This document shows positions 50,211 through 61,160 of a DNA stretch of 64,000 nucleotides, piece by piece. The position numbers were made by a program, and so were the translations under genes. This DNA comes from Octopus sinensis (taxonomy: Eukaryota). The notes below the pieces were generated by a model that saw only the letters and a list, made by a program, of their open reading frames with translations, did no database searches and had not been told where the DNA came from. Every line of letters begins with the position of its first letter. The stretch's first letter is position 1. Where the stretch lies: the NCBI RefSeq assembly GCF_006345805.1, contig NC_043000.1, positions 6,076,001 through 6,140,000 on the forward strand, in the 5' to 3' direction.

Positions 50211-50535
50211 TGTGCTCTGAACATTTATTACTTCTCAGCATCTGCCAAATACAAAGTCTGTTTTCTGTCAACTTGCATGTATGTATATATACATATAGTA
50301 TATATGCATACTTTTGGAAGTCTGCTTACAATCTAAATTTGCCTTTTATAGAACTATCTTCGATACTTCATGAGTGTAGCCTCACCCCCTAGGATGCTTG
50401 GAGAACTCATATGTGTTTTGGCTGATGAGTATGGGACACTTGTATTTGCTGCAATATTTGCAGCTTTTAATAAAGCTGGTCTTCGTATGAAACAATTGTA
50501 CTGAAAAACTAATCCATTCTTGTTGCTTTTTTTCT

Positions 50536-50582
<47 letters not shown>

Positions 50583-51013
50583 GATGTTTACTTCACAACC
50601 ATATTGTTTAGAGGTTCATTTCCTCACCAGGGCACCTTGGGTAAGCATCTGCTACCATGGCTCTACGTGAATTTGGTAAATGAGAACAGTGCAGAAGTTG
50701 TCGTGCATGTGTATGTGTATATTTGTATTTGTATCTCATAAGAGGGAAGTAAACAAACCAATAGCAGAACTTAGATGCTGGTTCGTTTACTTCACTTTGA
50801 CTAAATGGTTAATCAAAAGAAAAACAACAGAATAAGTAATAGACTTTAGAAAAGGAGGTTGATTTCAGTGACTAAATCTTTCAAAGTGGCACCTCAGCAA
50901 AACCACAGTCCAAAGAGTGAAACAAGTAAAATGAATATAAGAGAGGTGGGGAGTGTGCAAGTGTGTGTGAACACACAGATGCATAATCACAAATATATAT
51001 ATATATATATAAG

Positions 51014-51388
51014 TGCAGGAGTGGCTGTGTGGTAAGTAGCTTGCTTACCAACCACATGGTTCCGGGTTCAGTCCCGCTGCCTGGCACCTTGAGCAAGTGT
51101 CTTCTACTATATCCTCAGGTTGACCAAAGCCTTGTGAGAGGATTTGGTAGACGGAAACTGAAAGAAGCCCGTCGTATATATGTATATATATGTGTGTGTG
51201 TTTGTCCCCCCCACATTACTTGACAACCGATGCTGATGTGTTTACACCCCCATAACTTAGCAGTTCGGCAAAAGAGACCGATAGAGCAAGTACTAGGCTT
51301 ACAAAGAATAAGTCCTGGGGTCAATTTCCTCAACTAAAGGCGGTGTTCAGCATGGCCACAGTCAAATGACTGAAACAAGTAAAAGAGT
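51014..51388 (+). mobile_element. SINE-A, full length
   Basis: Consensus match. Confidence 0.92.
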
Positions 51389-51420
51389 ATATATACATAA
51401 ATATATATATATATATATAT

Positions 51421-53250
51421 AACGGGAAGCTTTATGAAAATAAACAAAAGACGAAGGCAGGTGGAAAACAAACGAACAATTGTATTAGTATGGCGCTCAG
51501 GAATATAAATAAAACAAGTCTTTAACGTTTCGAGCCTACGCTCTTCAACAGAAAATACACAGAGAGAGAAAAACACAGAAAGAAGGAGAGAAAAAAAATG
51601 CGTGCAGTAGCTAACGAATCAACATGGCGATCTGATTTCGGCCAGAGGTCAAAGATCAAACATGAGACGCGAGAGCGAAATAAGGGGAGATAATAGGGTT
51701 GATAAAAGGGTTGAGGACCAGCTAAAAGTGCGTGGGAGGGGTCTGGATGTGTGTATGTATAGGGTTGGTGTATGTATTAGTATGTATAAGGGTGTGTGTG
51801 TGGTGTGTGTGTATGAGAGAGTATTAGTGCGTAAGATTGGTCTGGACGTGCGTATGTATGGGGTTGGTGTTTTTGTATGTATTAGTATGTATTAGTTATG
51901 TATTAGTACGTATTGGTATGTATAGGTGTGTGTGTGTGTGTGTGTGAGAGAGTATAAGTGCGTATGCGGGGTCTGGACGTGTGTATGTATAGGGTTGGTG
52001 TAAGTATAGTATGTACTAGTATGTATTAGTACGTATTAGTATGTATTAGTTGGTGTGTGTATTAGTATGGCACATCATATGTGATGTGATGTGTTAAAGT
52101 CATGTGGTGTAGTGAGGAAGAGGGGGAGGGGGGAAAGAGGGGTAGGGGGAGAAGAGGGGGAGAGAAGGGGAGGGGAAGAAGAGGGGGAGGAGAAGGGGGA
52201 GAGAGAGGATGGGGGAGAAGGAAGGGGATGAGGGGGATAAGGAGGAAAGAGGGGGAGAGAGAAGGGGAGAGAGGGAGTGAGGGAGCAGAGGGAAGGGGAA
52301 GAGGGAGGGAGAAAGAGGGAAGAAGGGAAGGGGAGTAGGGGTGAAAGGATGAAGGACTGAAGAAGTAGGGTCGGGGGAGAAAGGATAGGTGAGGAGGGGG
52401 GTGAGGTTAGATGAGGAGGGGGGGGGAGTTGAGACCAAATGGCGTATAGAGCGAAGAGAGAAGATTAATCCTGTTCACGGCACAAACGGGAATCCGGATG
52501 GCCTCTGTGTAGGACAAACCGAACACAGATAGGTGTTGCAAGGAGTGACCGGTGGAGCGGAAATGGCGTGAGACCGTGTGTCGTTCGCAAGGTGGATGTC
52601 ACGAAAGTGTTCCGCGAACCGGTCAGCCAAGCGCGTCCCTTTGTCCGATGTACAAGGATTGCAGAGAGAGCAAGAGATGCAATAGATAATATTGCTGGAG
52701 GTGCAGGTGAAGGAGTGGATGATGGGATAGGGTCGATGGTGGGTGCTAGTGAGGCGGGTGGTGTTGGAGAGGTAAGGGCAAGTGCGGCAACGTGGGCGGG
52801 AGCAGGGGAACGAGCCGGTTGGGAGGTAGGGTCAGGGAAGGAGCTATGGACCAAAAGGTCTCGAAGGTTGTGGGCTCGTTTGAAAGAGGGGAGGGTCGGT
52901 TAGGGAAGAGGTGTGAAGTGGACGGGTCGGACTGGAGACGACGGAAAGCTCGAAGAATGGTGCGTTGGAGACGTAGGGTCGTGGGGTGGTAAGTGAGGGG
53001 AAAGGGAGGCGGGAGACTACAGGGCGGGTTCGGGGAGAGAGCAGATACACGGTCCACGGACCGTGCTCTGGCAAGGGCGGTGTGGATAGTGGTGAGGGGG
53101 TATCCACGTAGGGTGAAGTGGTGAGCCATACGTTGAGACTGAGTCTCAAAGTCATGGTCGTCACTACAGAGCCTACGTAGACGGAGGAATTGGGAATAGG
53201 GGATGGAAAGCTTGGTGTGTTCTGGGTGGGAGGAAGAGAAGTTGAGGTAT
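51421..53250 (-). mobile_element. Penelope-like element, 5'-truncated: RT thumb, GIY-YIG endonuclease and long 3' region
   Basis: HPEHTKLSIPYSQFLRLRRLCS...RGYP; CSRPRCRTC; NIIYCISCSLC..YIG..RLADRFAEH (frameshifted). GC/CpG-rich, with an acgtttcg-type terminal motif near 51525. Both ends abut microsatellites. Confidence 0.92.
51518..51558 (-). ncRNA. Minimal hammerhead-like ribozyme motif at the Penelope end (core variant CUGUUGA)
   Basis: Minus strand: tttt-CTGTTGA-a-GAGC-gtag-GCTC-GAAAC-GTT-aaag. Perfect stem II and palindromic AACGTT stem III. Confidence 0.5.
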
Positions 53251-53699
53251 GAGTCACAAACACACACACATGTATACATGTACACACACACCACACACAC
53301 ACACACTGTACAGTTTCATGCTATCCATACTTGATAGTATAGATTTTTAGTTTGGGCCAAATGCCAAAAATTTATGGAATATATGTATATACAATTGAAT
53401 CCAACTTAGTATGTAACAGGCAATTACTTTATTGAATCTACAAAGATGAAAGCACAGACAATCCAATTGGGATTTGAACTTTGAATGTAAAGGAACCTAG
53501 CAAAACATCATTTATAATTCTCCAACTCATTAACCTATTTATTTTTTAAAAAAACAAAAAAGAAATCCACCTGCCTCTTGTTTACCAGTCAAGGCTGCGA
53601 CAATTTAAACGGTGCCAAGTCTGCCTCTTGCTCACTGAAATATGTATGTGTAAACATAACAAATATCAAACACATATTTCTTTACCGCATTATGTAATA

Positions 53700-53920
53700 A
53701 TCCTTTTTACTAAAGGCACAAGGCCTGAAATTTGGGGGTGAAGTAGGGCTTGTCAATTACATCGACCCCAGTGTTTCACTGGTATTTAATTTATTGACCT
53801 CGAAAGGATGAAATTGAAAATCTACCTCGGCAGAATTTGAACTCAGAATGTAAAGATGGGCGAAATACCGTTAAGTGTTTTGTCCAGCATGCTAACGATT
53901 CTGTGTCAGATCGCCACCTT
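53700..53920 (-). mobile_element. SINE-B
   Basis: aaggcacaaggcctgaaatttggggg...gaaaggatgaaa...tttgaactcagaatg. Confidence 0.82.
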
Positions 53921-54079
53921 ATTTGCATTATGTAATAATACTAGATGATACTGATTAAATAGGTAAAGTTGAGCAGATACCTTCAAATTTTGTCCTCTAG
54001 CTATTGAAGATGGGAGACGTGTTAGCCATTCAAAATACACAAAGACTGTTAACTTCACTTAAACATCTATCATTTGGGG

Positions 54080-54460
54080 CAAAGTATTGAAGGCCGAACT
54101 CAAAACGCTGAACTTTACAAAGATGACAGAGGACCGAGATATGTGGTACATTGCTGTGCTCAAGAAGACCTGCCCACCACAACAGAATTTTGATCCTAAA
54201 ACCAAGGTGCCACATACAAAACATTGGTATGGGTGTTGGTGCCATGTAAAAAGCACTGGTGATGGTACCACATAAAAAGCACCCTGTACATTTTGTAAAA
54301 TGGTTAGCATTAGGAAGGACATCTGACCATAGAAACCAAGTCAAAATAGAATATGGAACCTGGTGCGGGCCCTGGTCTTGCCTGTTCCTGTTAAGTTGTT
54401 CCAATTCATGCCAGCATGGAAAACAGGCACTAAATATTGATGCTGTTGATGATGATGATG
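54080..54460 (+). mobile_element. RTE 3' end plus family C UTR
   Basis: ELKTLNFTKMTEDRDMWYIAVLKKT, then the UTR and (GAT)n. Confidence 0.78.
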
Positions 54461-54619
54461 TCAAAATTGTCTTTGCACAAACTACAACCTGATTACTGAC
54501 AAGGCTATACTGCATTTCTTGTCAGTGACCAGGTCACAGTTCGTGTGACAAAGATTTTGACACCATATTACAAACAAAACAAGTTTACATGAAGTTAACA
54601 GTGTTTGTGTGTTTCTTAT

Positions 54620-54840
54620 TTATTTATTGCCCACAAGGGGCTAAACAGAGGGGACAAACAAGGACATAAAAAGGGATTAAATTGATTACATCAACCCCAG
54701 TGCATAACTGGTACTTAATTTATTGACCCCCAAAAGGATGAAAGGCAAAGTCGACCTTGGCGAAATTTGAACTCGGAACGTAAAGACAGACGAAGTACCA
54801 CTAAGCATTTCTGCCGGTGTGCTGATGTTTCTGCCAACTC
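54620..54840 (-). mobile_element. SINE-B
   Basis: Consensus match. Confidence 0.85.
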
Positions 54841-55232
54841 ACCATGTTTGTGTGTTTCTGAATGGCTAATAAATACGTATCCTCTATGTTGCAATCATTT
54901 TAGTTTCAACACGTGGTCTCAGACCAAATCATTCACATGGCAAGGACATCTCCAAATTAAATAAAGTAAAATGAAATAAAACCTTATTTACAATTTATTA
55001 TTTTTTTAAAAATCTCTATCTCAATAAAGTTAATAAATGTAAGTAGTTACGATTTGTTATTTAATGCCAACAGCTTTGTCAGTTTACAAAGTGGATTCTG
55101 TATTTTAAAATTTATTTCATCTATTTCGTTCCGTATCAGCTAATGGATCCATTATTTGTCAATGAATCGTATTATCTGAGAGGATTATTGTGATAATGCC
55201 TTGTTCTGATTCGTTTCCCCAACATTGTTTAA

Positions 55233-56319
55233 CCCTTTCGTTACCAAACCGCCCAAAGCCGCCCGAAAAAATTTTTGGTTAATGAGACCAAACTGCCCAA
55301 AGCCGCCTGAATTTACCTATTCATATTTAAATGAGAATATCAGAGCAAATCTCTTTAGTACATTCGTGAAAACACGTATTATACTTTGTAAACAGTTCAA
55401 CTACAGTTTTGTACAAAAATCGAGGTGTAATTTTAATTCCGTGAATTTTGGGAGATTTTTTTCCGAAATTTGTTCCTATTGTGTTTTCAAAATTTGTAAT
55501 TCTGACAAAAAATGGATACGAATTTCATTATATCAAGCAGCGAGTCAGAATTCGAAGGATTTTCTACTGAAGACCTTCATAAATCTAACTCTATGACTGA
55601 AAAAAAAAAGCACGTGGTATTTGATAATGAATCTGATGTTTCATTTTCCGAAAGTGAAAACAGTGAATCCGAGAGCTCCGACAGCGATAAAGAAAATGAA
55701 TTGGCACCTGAATGGAGTGAAAATTTAAAAACTGTTTCTTTCGGTGATTTTTCTGAAGAAACTGGACCAAGCCACAGACTTTCCCAGAAGAGTAAAGCCT
55801 TAGACTATTTCTTTTTACTTTTTCGAATGAGCCCATTTGAAATCATTACGGCAGAAACGAACTGTTACGCTAAACATAAACAAAGTGAAAGAAACGATAG
55901 TTTGTGGTTTCCCACAACCTTAAATGAAATTAAGGCCTATTTTGCCATAAATATTATTATGGGTATCAGAAAGTTACCCAGAATAACAAATTCTATCGTA
56001 AAATTTTGTTGTATACCCAATTGAATATTAGCTAATAACCCATTTTCTATAGCGATGTTTGAACAAAATTTTAATAATTTTATATTTTGTTGAATTTACC
56101 TGTATCTACCTGCAATTAGAGTCACTTTGTGACAAAAATTATAGTATAGAATTGGTTGAGAATATTTCATTAAATTATCTTCCAAAAATCACATTAATAT
56201 ATCGATAAATAAAAAAGTTATAGTTGTTTAATGAAACCAGACTAAATTTATGATTACGTTAGAAATTAATTGAAACACATGAGGGGTGTAATTTGGTCAG
56301 AAATATAGTAACGAAAGGG
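55233..56319 (+). mobile_element. Internally deleted piggyBac element
   Basis: TTAA|CCCTTTCGTTAC ... GTAACGAAAGGG|TTAA, with TTAA at 55229-55232 and 56320-56323. Confidence 0.92.
55512..56024 (+). pseudogene. piggyBac (PGBD-like) transposase N-terminal ORF, truncated before the catalytic domain
   Basis: Acidic Ser-rich N-terminus, then F.EETGP...LDYFFLLF...ETNCYA...W.PTT.NEIKAYF.I.I.MGI.KLP. Homology stops just before the expected YWS motif. Confidence 0.88.
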
Positions 56320-56926
56320 TTAAACCAGATTTCTGCAGGGGGGGGGGAATAATTGATTCAAGTAAAGTGTGAGACAAGTGAGAGAGAGAGAGAGAGAAAG
56401 TGTGTGTGTAAGCGCTTCTATGTGTGTGTGTGTGTGTGTGTGTGTAAGTGTTTCTATGTGTGTAAGTGTTTCTATGTGTGCATGTGTGTGTGAATGTGTG
56501 CATGTGTGTGAGCACTTGTATGTGTGCCTGTGTGTGTGAGAGAAAGAGAGGGGGAGTGCTTGTATATGTGCATGTGTTTACACACACACACACACACACT
56601 CACTCATTTCAGCTATCTCAACAAAAGTGGTTTAAGTTTTTCTGAAACTGTTAACCTTTTCTATATAGTCTCTTTGCTTTGATTGAAACCCTGGCTTTCT
56701 TTGGAAAATAGTTTAAATCTTTTCCTTGAAGACATGGCTATTTAGCTGTAAAATAAAAATATATTCTTAACTTGTTTGGTATCATGGCTTCATTCGACAT
56801 TTTTTTAGCCACACACAATATGCAGTGAAAATTGTCGATCATCATTTGCCGTCCAAACAAGGCCAAAATTTAAATATCTATTGCAATATCAATGACTGAA
56901 CCATACCTTCATCTTATTAACATTAA

Positions 56927-57321
56927 CCCTCTAGCATTTAAATTAGCCATATCAAGCCGAAAGAATTTACCTTTTTTTTTTTCAAACTGGCCAGATCTGG
57001 GATTACCCTCCAATTTTATTCTAGATATAAACAATCATGTCACTGAAATCTCAATGCTACAAAGTAATGCATGTCTACATCGAAGAGGCCAGGGAACAGA
57101 AGAAAGAAGGAGAAAGGAGACATGCACCCAACACCAGAGCTGAAGACACCTGCGAAAGGGGGGGGGGGCACCACGTCAAAACGGTAGAAGAGTAGGGGCC
57201 GAAACTGGACATGGTTCATCCTGATGATGTCTTGAGCTAACTGGATCCTACAAAGGAGCTGTTGTGGTAGCAGACCACGAAACACAGTTGAAATTCCTCA
57301 GCATTACATTTGACTAAATGG
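56927..57321. mobile_element. TTAA-MITE-2 carrying a GC-richer foreign insert (about 57073-57298)
   Basis: ttaa|ccctctagcattt ... gtaatgcatg [insert] agcattacatttgac..gg|ttaa. Confidence 0.7.
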
Positions 57322-57499
57322 TTAAGCCTCGTTGCTTTTGAGGACTGTTCACTTTCAGATTCACAATCATCACTGCTATGTTTCTTCTTAATAAATAAAC
57401 TTATCCATTGTATGACTAAATATACTTGTCTTGGTCAGTTAGAATTCATGAATGGTACAATGGATGCATCATCACCGTTATCCTTCATTTTCCTTATCT

Positions 57500-57960
57500 A
57501 ATGTCCATGATCCCCCCTGGTATGGGTTAGATGGTTTGACAGGATCTAACAGGTCCAAGGACTGCATTATGCTCCAATGTCTACTTTGGTAGAGTTTCTT
57601 ATTTCTCTACTGCTCACAAGGGGCTACACACAGAGGGGACAAACAAGGACAGACAAAGGGATTAAGTTGATTATATCGACCCCAGTGCGCAACTGGTACT
57701 TATTTAATCGATCCCGAAAGGATGAAAAGCAAAGTCAACCTCGGCAGAATTTGAACTCAGAATGTAGTGGCAGACGAAATACTGCTAAGCATTTCGCCCA
57801 GCGTGCTAACGTTTCTGCCAGCTTGCCGCCTTAGAAACACTTTGGCAGAGTTTCTATGGCTGGATGTTCTTCCTAATTCCAATTTCAACTGCTTTAAAGT
57901 GTGTACTGAGTGATTTTTTTTTTCATGGCACCAGCACTAGTGAAGTCTCCATGGAACTTG
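57500..57960 (-). mobile_element. Family C copy interrupted by a SINE-B (57600-57838)
   Basis: 17-bp TSD actttgg(t/c)agagtttct at 57583-57599 and 57839-57855. Confidence 0.85.
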
Positions 57961-58239
57961 CAAGACTAAGATCCCATTCAACTAAGTGGAGCTACAATAG
58001 AGATGGAAGCGACATTATGCTAGGAGATAAGAGAAAGGGCCAAAACAAAATAGGTTTCTTGCTGTAGAGAAGCTACACAATTACTTACACTATAGATGAG
58101 AGCCATTTCAGTATATTGATATTGTAATCAACAATCTATCTCTGTCTGCTCGGAAGTTTAATTTTAGGGTGTTTAACCTTTAGCAAACAAATTGGCCAAA
58201 GCAAACCTAAATAATCTACCTGTTTTGTGTTCAAACTGG

Positions 58240-58343
58240 CCAGAAACTAAAAAAGGGGTTCATATCTGGTGGTTGGGAAGGCGAGGTTAATATTACCCTC
58301 GCCTTCCCAACCACCAGATATGAACCCCTTTTGTAGTTTCTGG
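58240..58343. repeat. 104-bp spacerless near-perfect palindrome
   Basis: 52-bp arms with 50 of 52 pairs, centred on TAAT|ATTA (58291/58292). Confidence 0.97.
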
Positions 58344-58967
58344 GGAATTTTGAAAATTGGATTAAACGGAAAGAAATTTAAAATAGTTCCTGATTTAAAG
58401 ACATTTATGATTAACAAATGAGGAGAAGTAACTGAAGAAACATGAAATGGTAGAATCATCAGTAAAAAAAAAAAAAGGAAGAAAAACTATTTAAGGGACT
58501 AAAATTAGTCATACCAATTATTAATTAAAATTTTTTTTTCTCTTTTGATGTAGAGAATATTTACAGTAAAAAAAATATAATTTGATTAGTAAAAATGAAA
58601 ATATTTGTGCAATTGAAAACTTACTTGTTTTCTATTAGCAACTCAGTTTATTTTATTATTTATTTTAAGTCTTACGATCAAAATCAAAACTGATTTTTAA
58701 GTTTCCATTTTATGTTTTATGTACTGTATGCAAATGAAACAGAAACCACCAACCACTCCCTCACTTCCATTCTGAGCTTAGTTTGGTTGACATGCTTACA
58801 GTTATATTCTGTTCTTTTAGATGTAATGTTTCTATTTTTGTCATACCCCAAGCTACACCTCATGGCACACCAGTGTGTCACAGCACTATGTTAGAAACCA
58901 CTAACATAAGGGATACCCTCATAGGTTTGTCTTAGCAATGGTTGATGTTCTAAGTGTAAATATTTAA

Positions 58968-59552
58968 CCATAAGCATTTAAACTGACCATATCTGGCCCA
59001 AATATTCTGCCTATTTTATGTTCAAACCAGTCAGAAACCAGACTCTCACATCTGCCCTAGAATGTCATTCAAAACTAAGCAATTGCATCATCAGAATCTT
59101 GAAGCCGTAAGATAATACATGCTTAATTCAAAAGAATATGAATAAATATCTATGGAAGCACATAAATATGCAGAATACGTACATACAGATGCACACACAT
59201 ACATACATATATACACATGCATACACACACATATATACATACATACACATACACACATACATACATATGTACATATGTACATGCATGCATGCATAGGCAC
59301 ACACACACTGACCCACACACATGCGCACAAACAAACAAAAGGGAACGCAGTGTAAATAACGGACAGATTCAAAACTATTGAAAAGGTTGCAAGACGCAAG
59401 GAAAATTTTAGAAAAATAAAAATAAGAAAAAAGTGGAAATTTTACCGGTGAGTGTGTTACATTATAAGGCACAAAAAGAAAATGCCTCTCCCCAGACACA
59501 ACAGAATGAATAAATAAGCAATGCATTTGATAGTAATCTGAGTGTTTTAGGG
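58968..59552. mobile_element. TTAA-MITE-2 with a TSD-flanked insertion (59149-59505)
   Basis: ATGAATAAATA duplicated at 59138-59148 and 59506-59516. Confidence 0.75.
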
Positions 59553-59802
59553 TTAAACAAAAAGCAAGATTATTTGGTTTCTAAGTTCCCCCAGACTGTT
59601 GACAATTACGAGACTTCCTCCTCTGCCAGTTTAAGTAAATTCACAGGCACACCTCTGCACATACACACACACACAAACATGCACTTGCATGGAATGTAGA
59701 AACATCAACAAAAAGCTAGGTACAGGCAAGTTAAAACCAAATGCATAAGCAAAAGAAAAGAAACATGAAACCCCAGCAAAACCATAATCCTTTGCTGTTA
59801 AA

Positions 59803-60229
59803 CCCTTTAGCATTTAAACCAGCCATATCCAGTTTTATGTTTAAGCTAACCAGATCTAACCTCTCCTACCTACCCAACAATGTCATCCAAAACATAAACA
59901 GTTACACCATCAAAATTTCAAAGCTACAGAATAATCCATAATTAATTCAAAACAATGTAAATGAATAAGCATTACATTTGGCAGAGTAATCCCCACCCCT
60001 CTCTCTCTCTCTCTCTCTCCCTTGGAGAGGCACAAGTACCTACACACACATATACTCCCAAGGTAGTTATGTTCCGCCTACCAAATCTACTAACAAGGCT
60101 TTGGTTGGCCCGGGGCCATAGCAGAAGACACTTGCCCAAAGTGTCACGCAGTGGGACTGAACACGAAACCATGTAGCTGGGAAGCAAGCTTCCTAACCAC
60201 ACAGCCATGCCCACCTGAATGTTAAAGGG
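59803..60229. mobile_element. TTAA-MITE-2 split by a SINE-A head (about 59993-60214, minus strand)
   Basis: ccctttagcatttaaaccagcc...agagtaatc [SINE] tgaatgttaaaggg|ttaa. Confidence 0.8.
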
Positions 60230-60722
60230 TTAAACTAAGAGGGGGTATTTTGATTCAAAATTTTACCCCATTTATTTTGTGAATGTACATATTAACATAT
60301 AAAAAGGGCTAAAATATTTAATTTTTTTTTCTAAACTGAAAATGAATTAAAACTGGAAATGTAAAAGAAAAAACGTTTATGTGAATATCATTTTTTTTCA
60401 TAAATTCAGCAGCAGTTCATGTTGAAATTTCAAATTCAATGGTTGAAATTTAAAAAGATTTATTCACTGATAACCTACCATTAGCAAACATCTGACATTA
60501 TTTGTTTTGTTTCCATAAAAATTCAAACATCTTAGATGTTATCAATTTGAAATTTCCTCAGTTCAAAAGATCATACGAATATATGTATTTTACTGCATCA
60601 GACAATTGTTTGTTAATAAGAATGACAGCTATCTGCGAGTCTCACAATTGTTGATTCCCCTAATGAACATAGCTAAATGTAAAAGAAAAAATATAATAAA
60701 AAATTTCAACGGAAAGACTTAC

Positions 60723-60828
60723 CACAACTATCACGTATCACAAGATCTCTTCCTTCTTGAAGTAGTACAACAAGTTGGAAGAATGGATGCTGCAAAAGGT
60801 TGCTTTGATGTTGTCGAGATGAACCTTC
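60723..60828 (-). CDS. MCTP1: MCTP coding exon 1 in window (start of C2A): EGSSRQHQSNLLQHPFFQLVVLLQEGRDLVIRDSC(G)
   Basis: Acceptor ttctatctgtttttccag|GAA and donor G|gtaagt. 106 nt, phase 0 to 1, joining exon 2 to give RDSCG-TSDPY. Not in ORF track. Confidence 0.94.
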
Positions 60829-61160
60829 CTGGAAAAACAGATAGAATAAATCTGATTATAATAATGGCTTCTTATGTTGGCATGGAGCCTGGAGGGAGGA
60901 AACGAGAGAATTCTGACAATAATGTATTTCCTAATAGTGAAATGGTTCTAATTGAAGAAGAAATTGGGCAGGAGTTAAATTTGTTTTCCAAAAATAACAA
61001 TTTCTTTGTACAAAAACACAGATGTTCAATTTAGTTTCTAGATTTAAGAAGTGATAACAAAAATTGTTATATTTTGATTGTGTGTGTGTATGTGTGTGTG
61101 TTTGTGCTTATGTGTGTGTGCACACTTGCATAGGTTGTGTAATTCGGCAAGTTTGGATAA

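Noticed and set aside
52100-52438. Pro/Ser-rich and Gly/Glu/Arg-rich ORFs
   Set aside because: Translation of the polypurine tract in the Penelope 3' region.
53586-53634. 49-nt segment with tttcag acceptor and gtaaac donor on the gene strand
   Set aside because: Its length is not a multiple of 3, the donor is weak, and exons 1 and 2 already join into a continuous C2 motif.
60829-60888. Alternative upstream acceptor (tcctccctccag) 60 nt before exon 1
   Set aside because: The extension has an in-frame TAA, and there is no other support.
60606-61034. 142-aa plus-strand ORF
   Set aside because: It is antisense to MCTP exon 1 and its flanks, with no recognisable motif.
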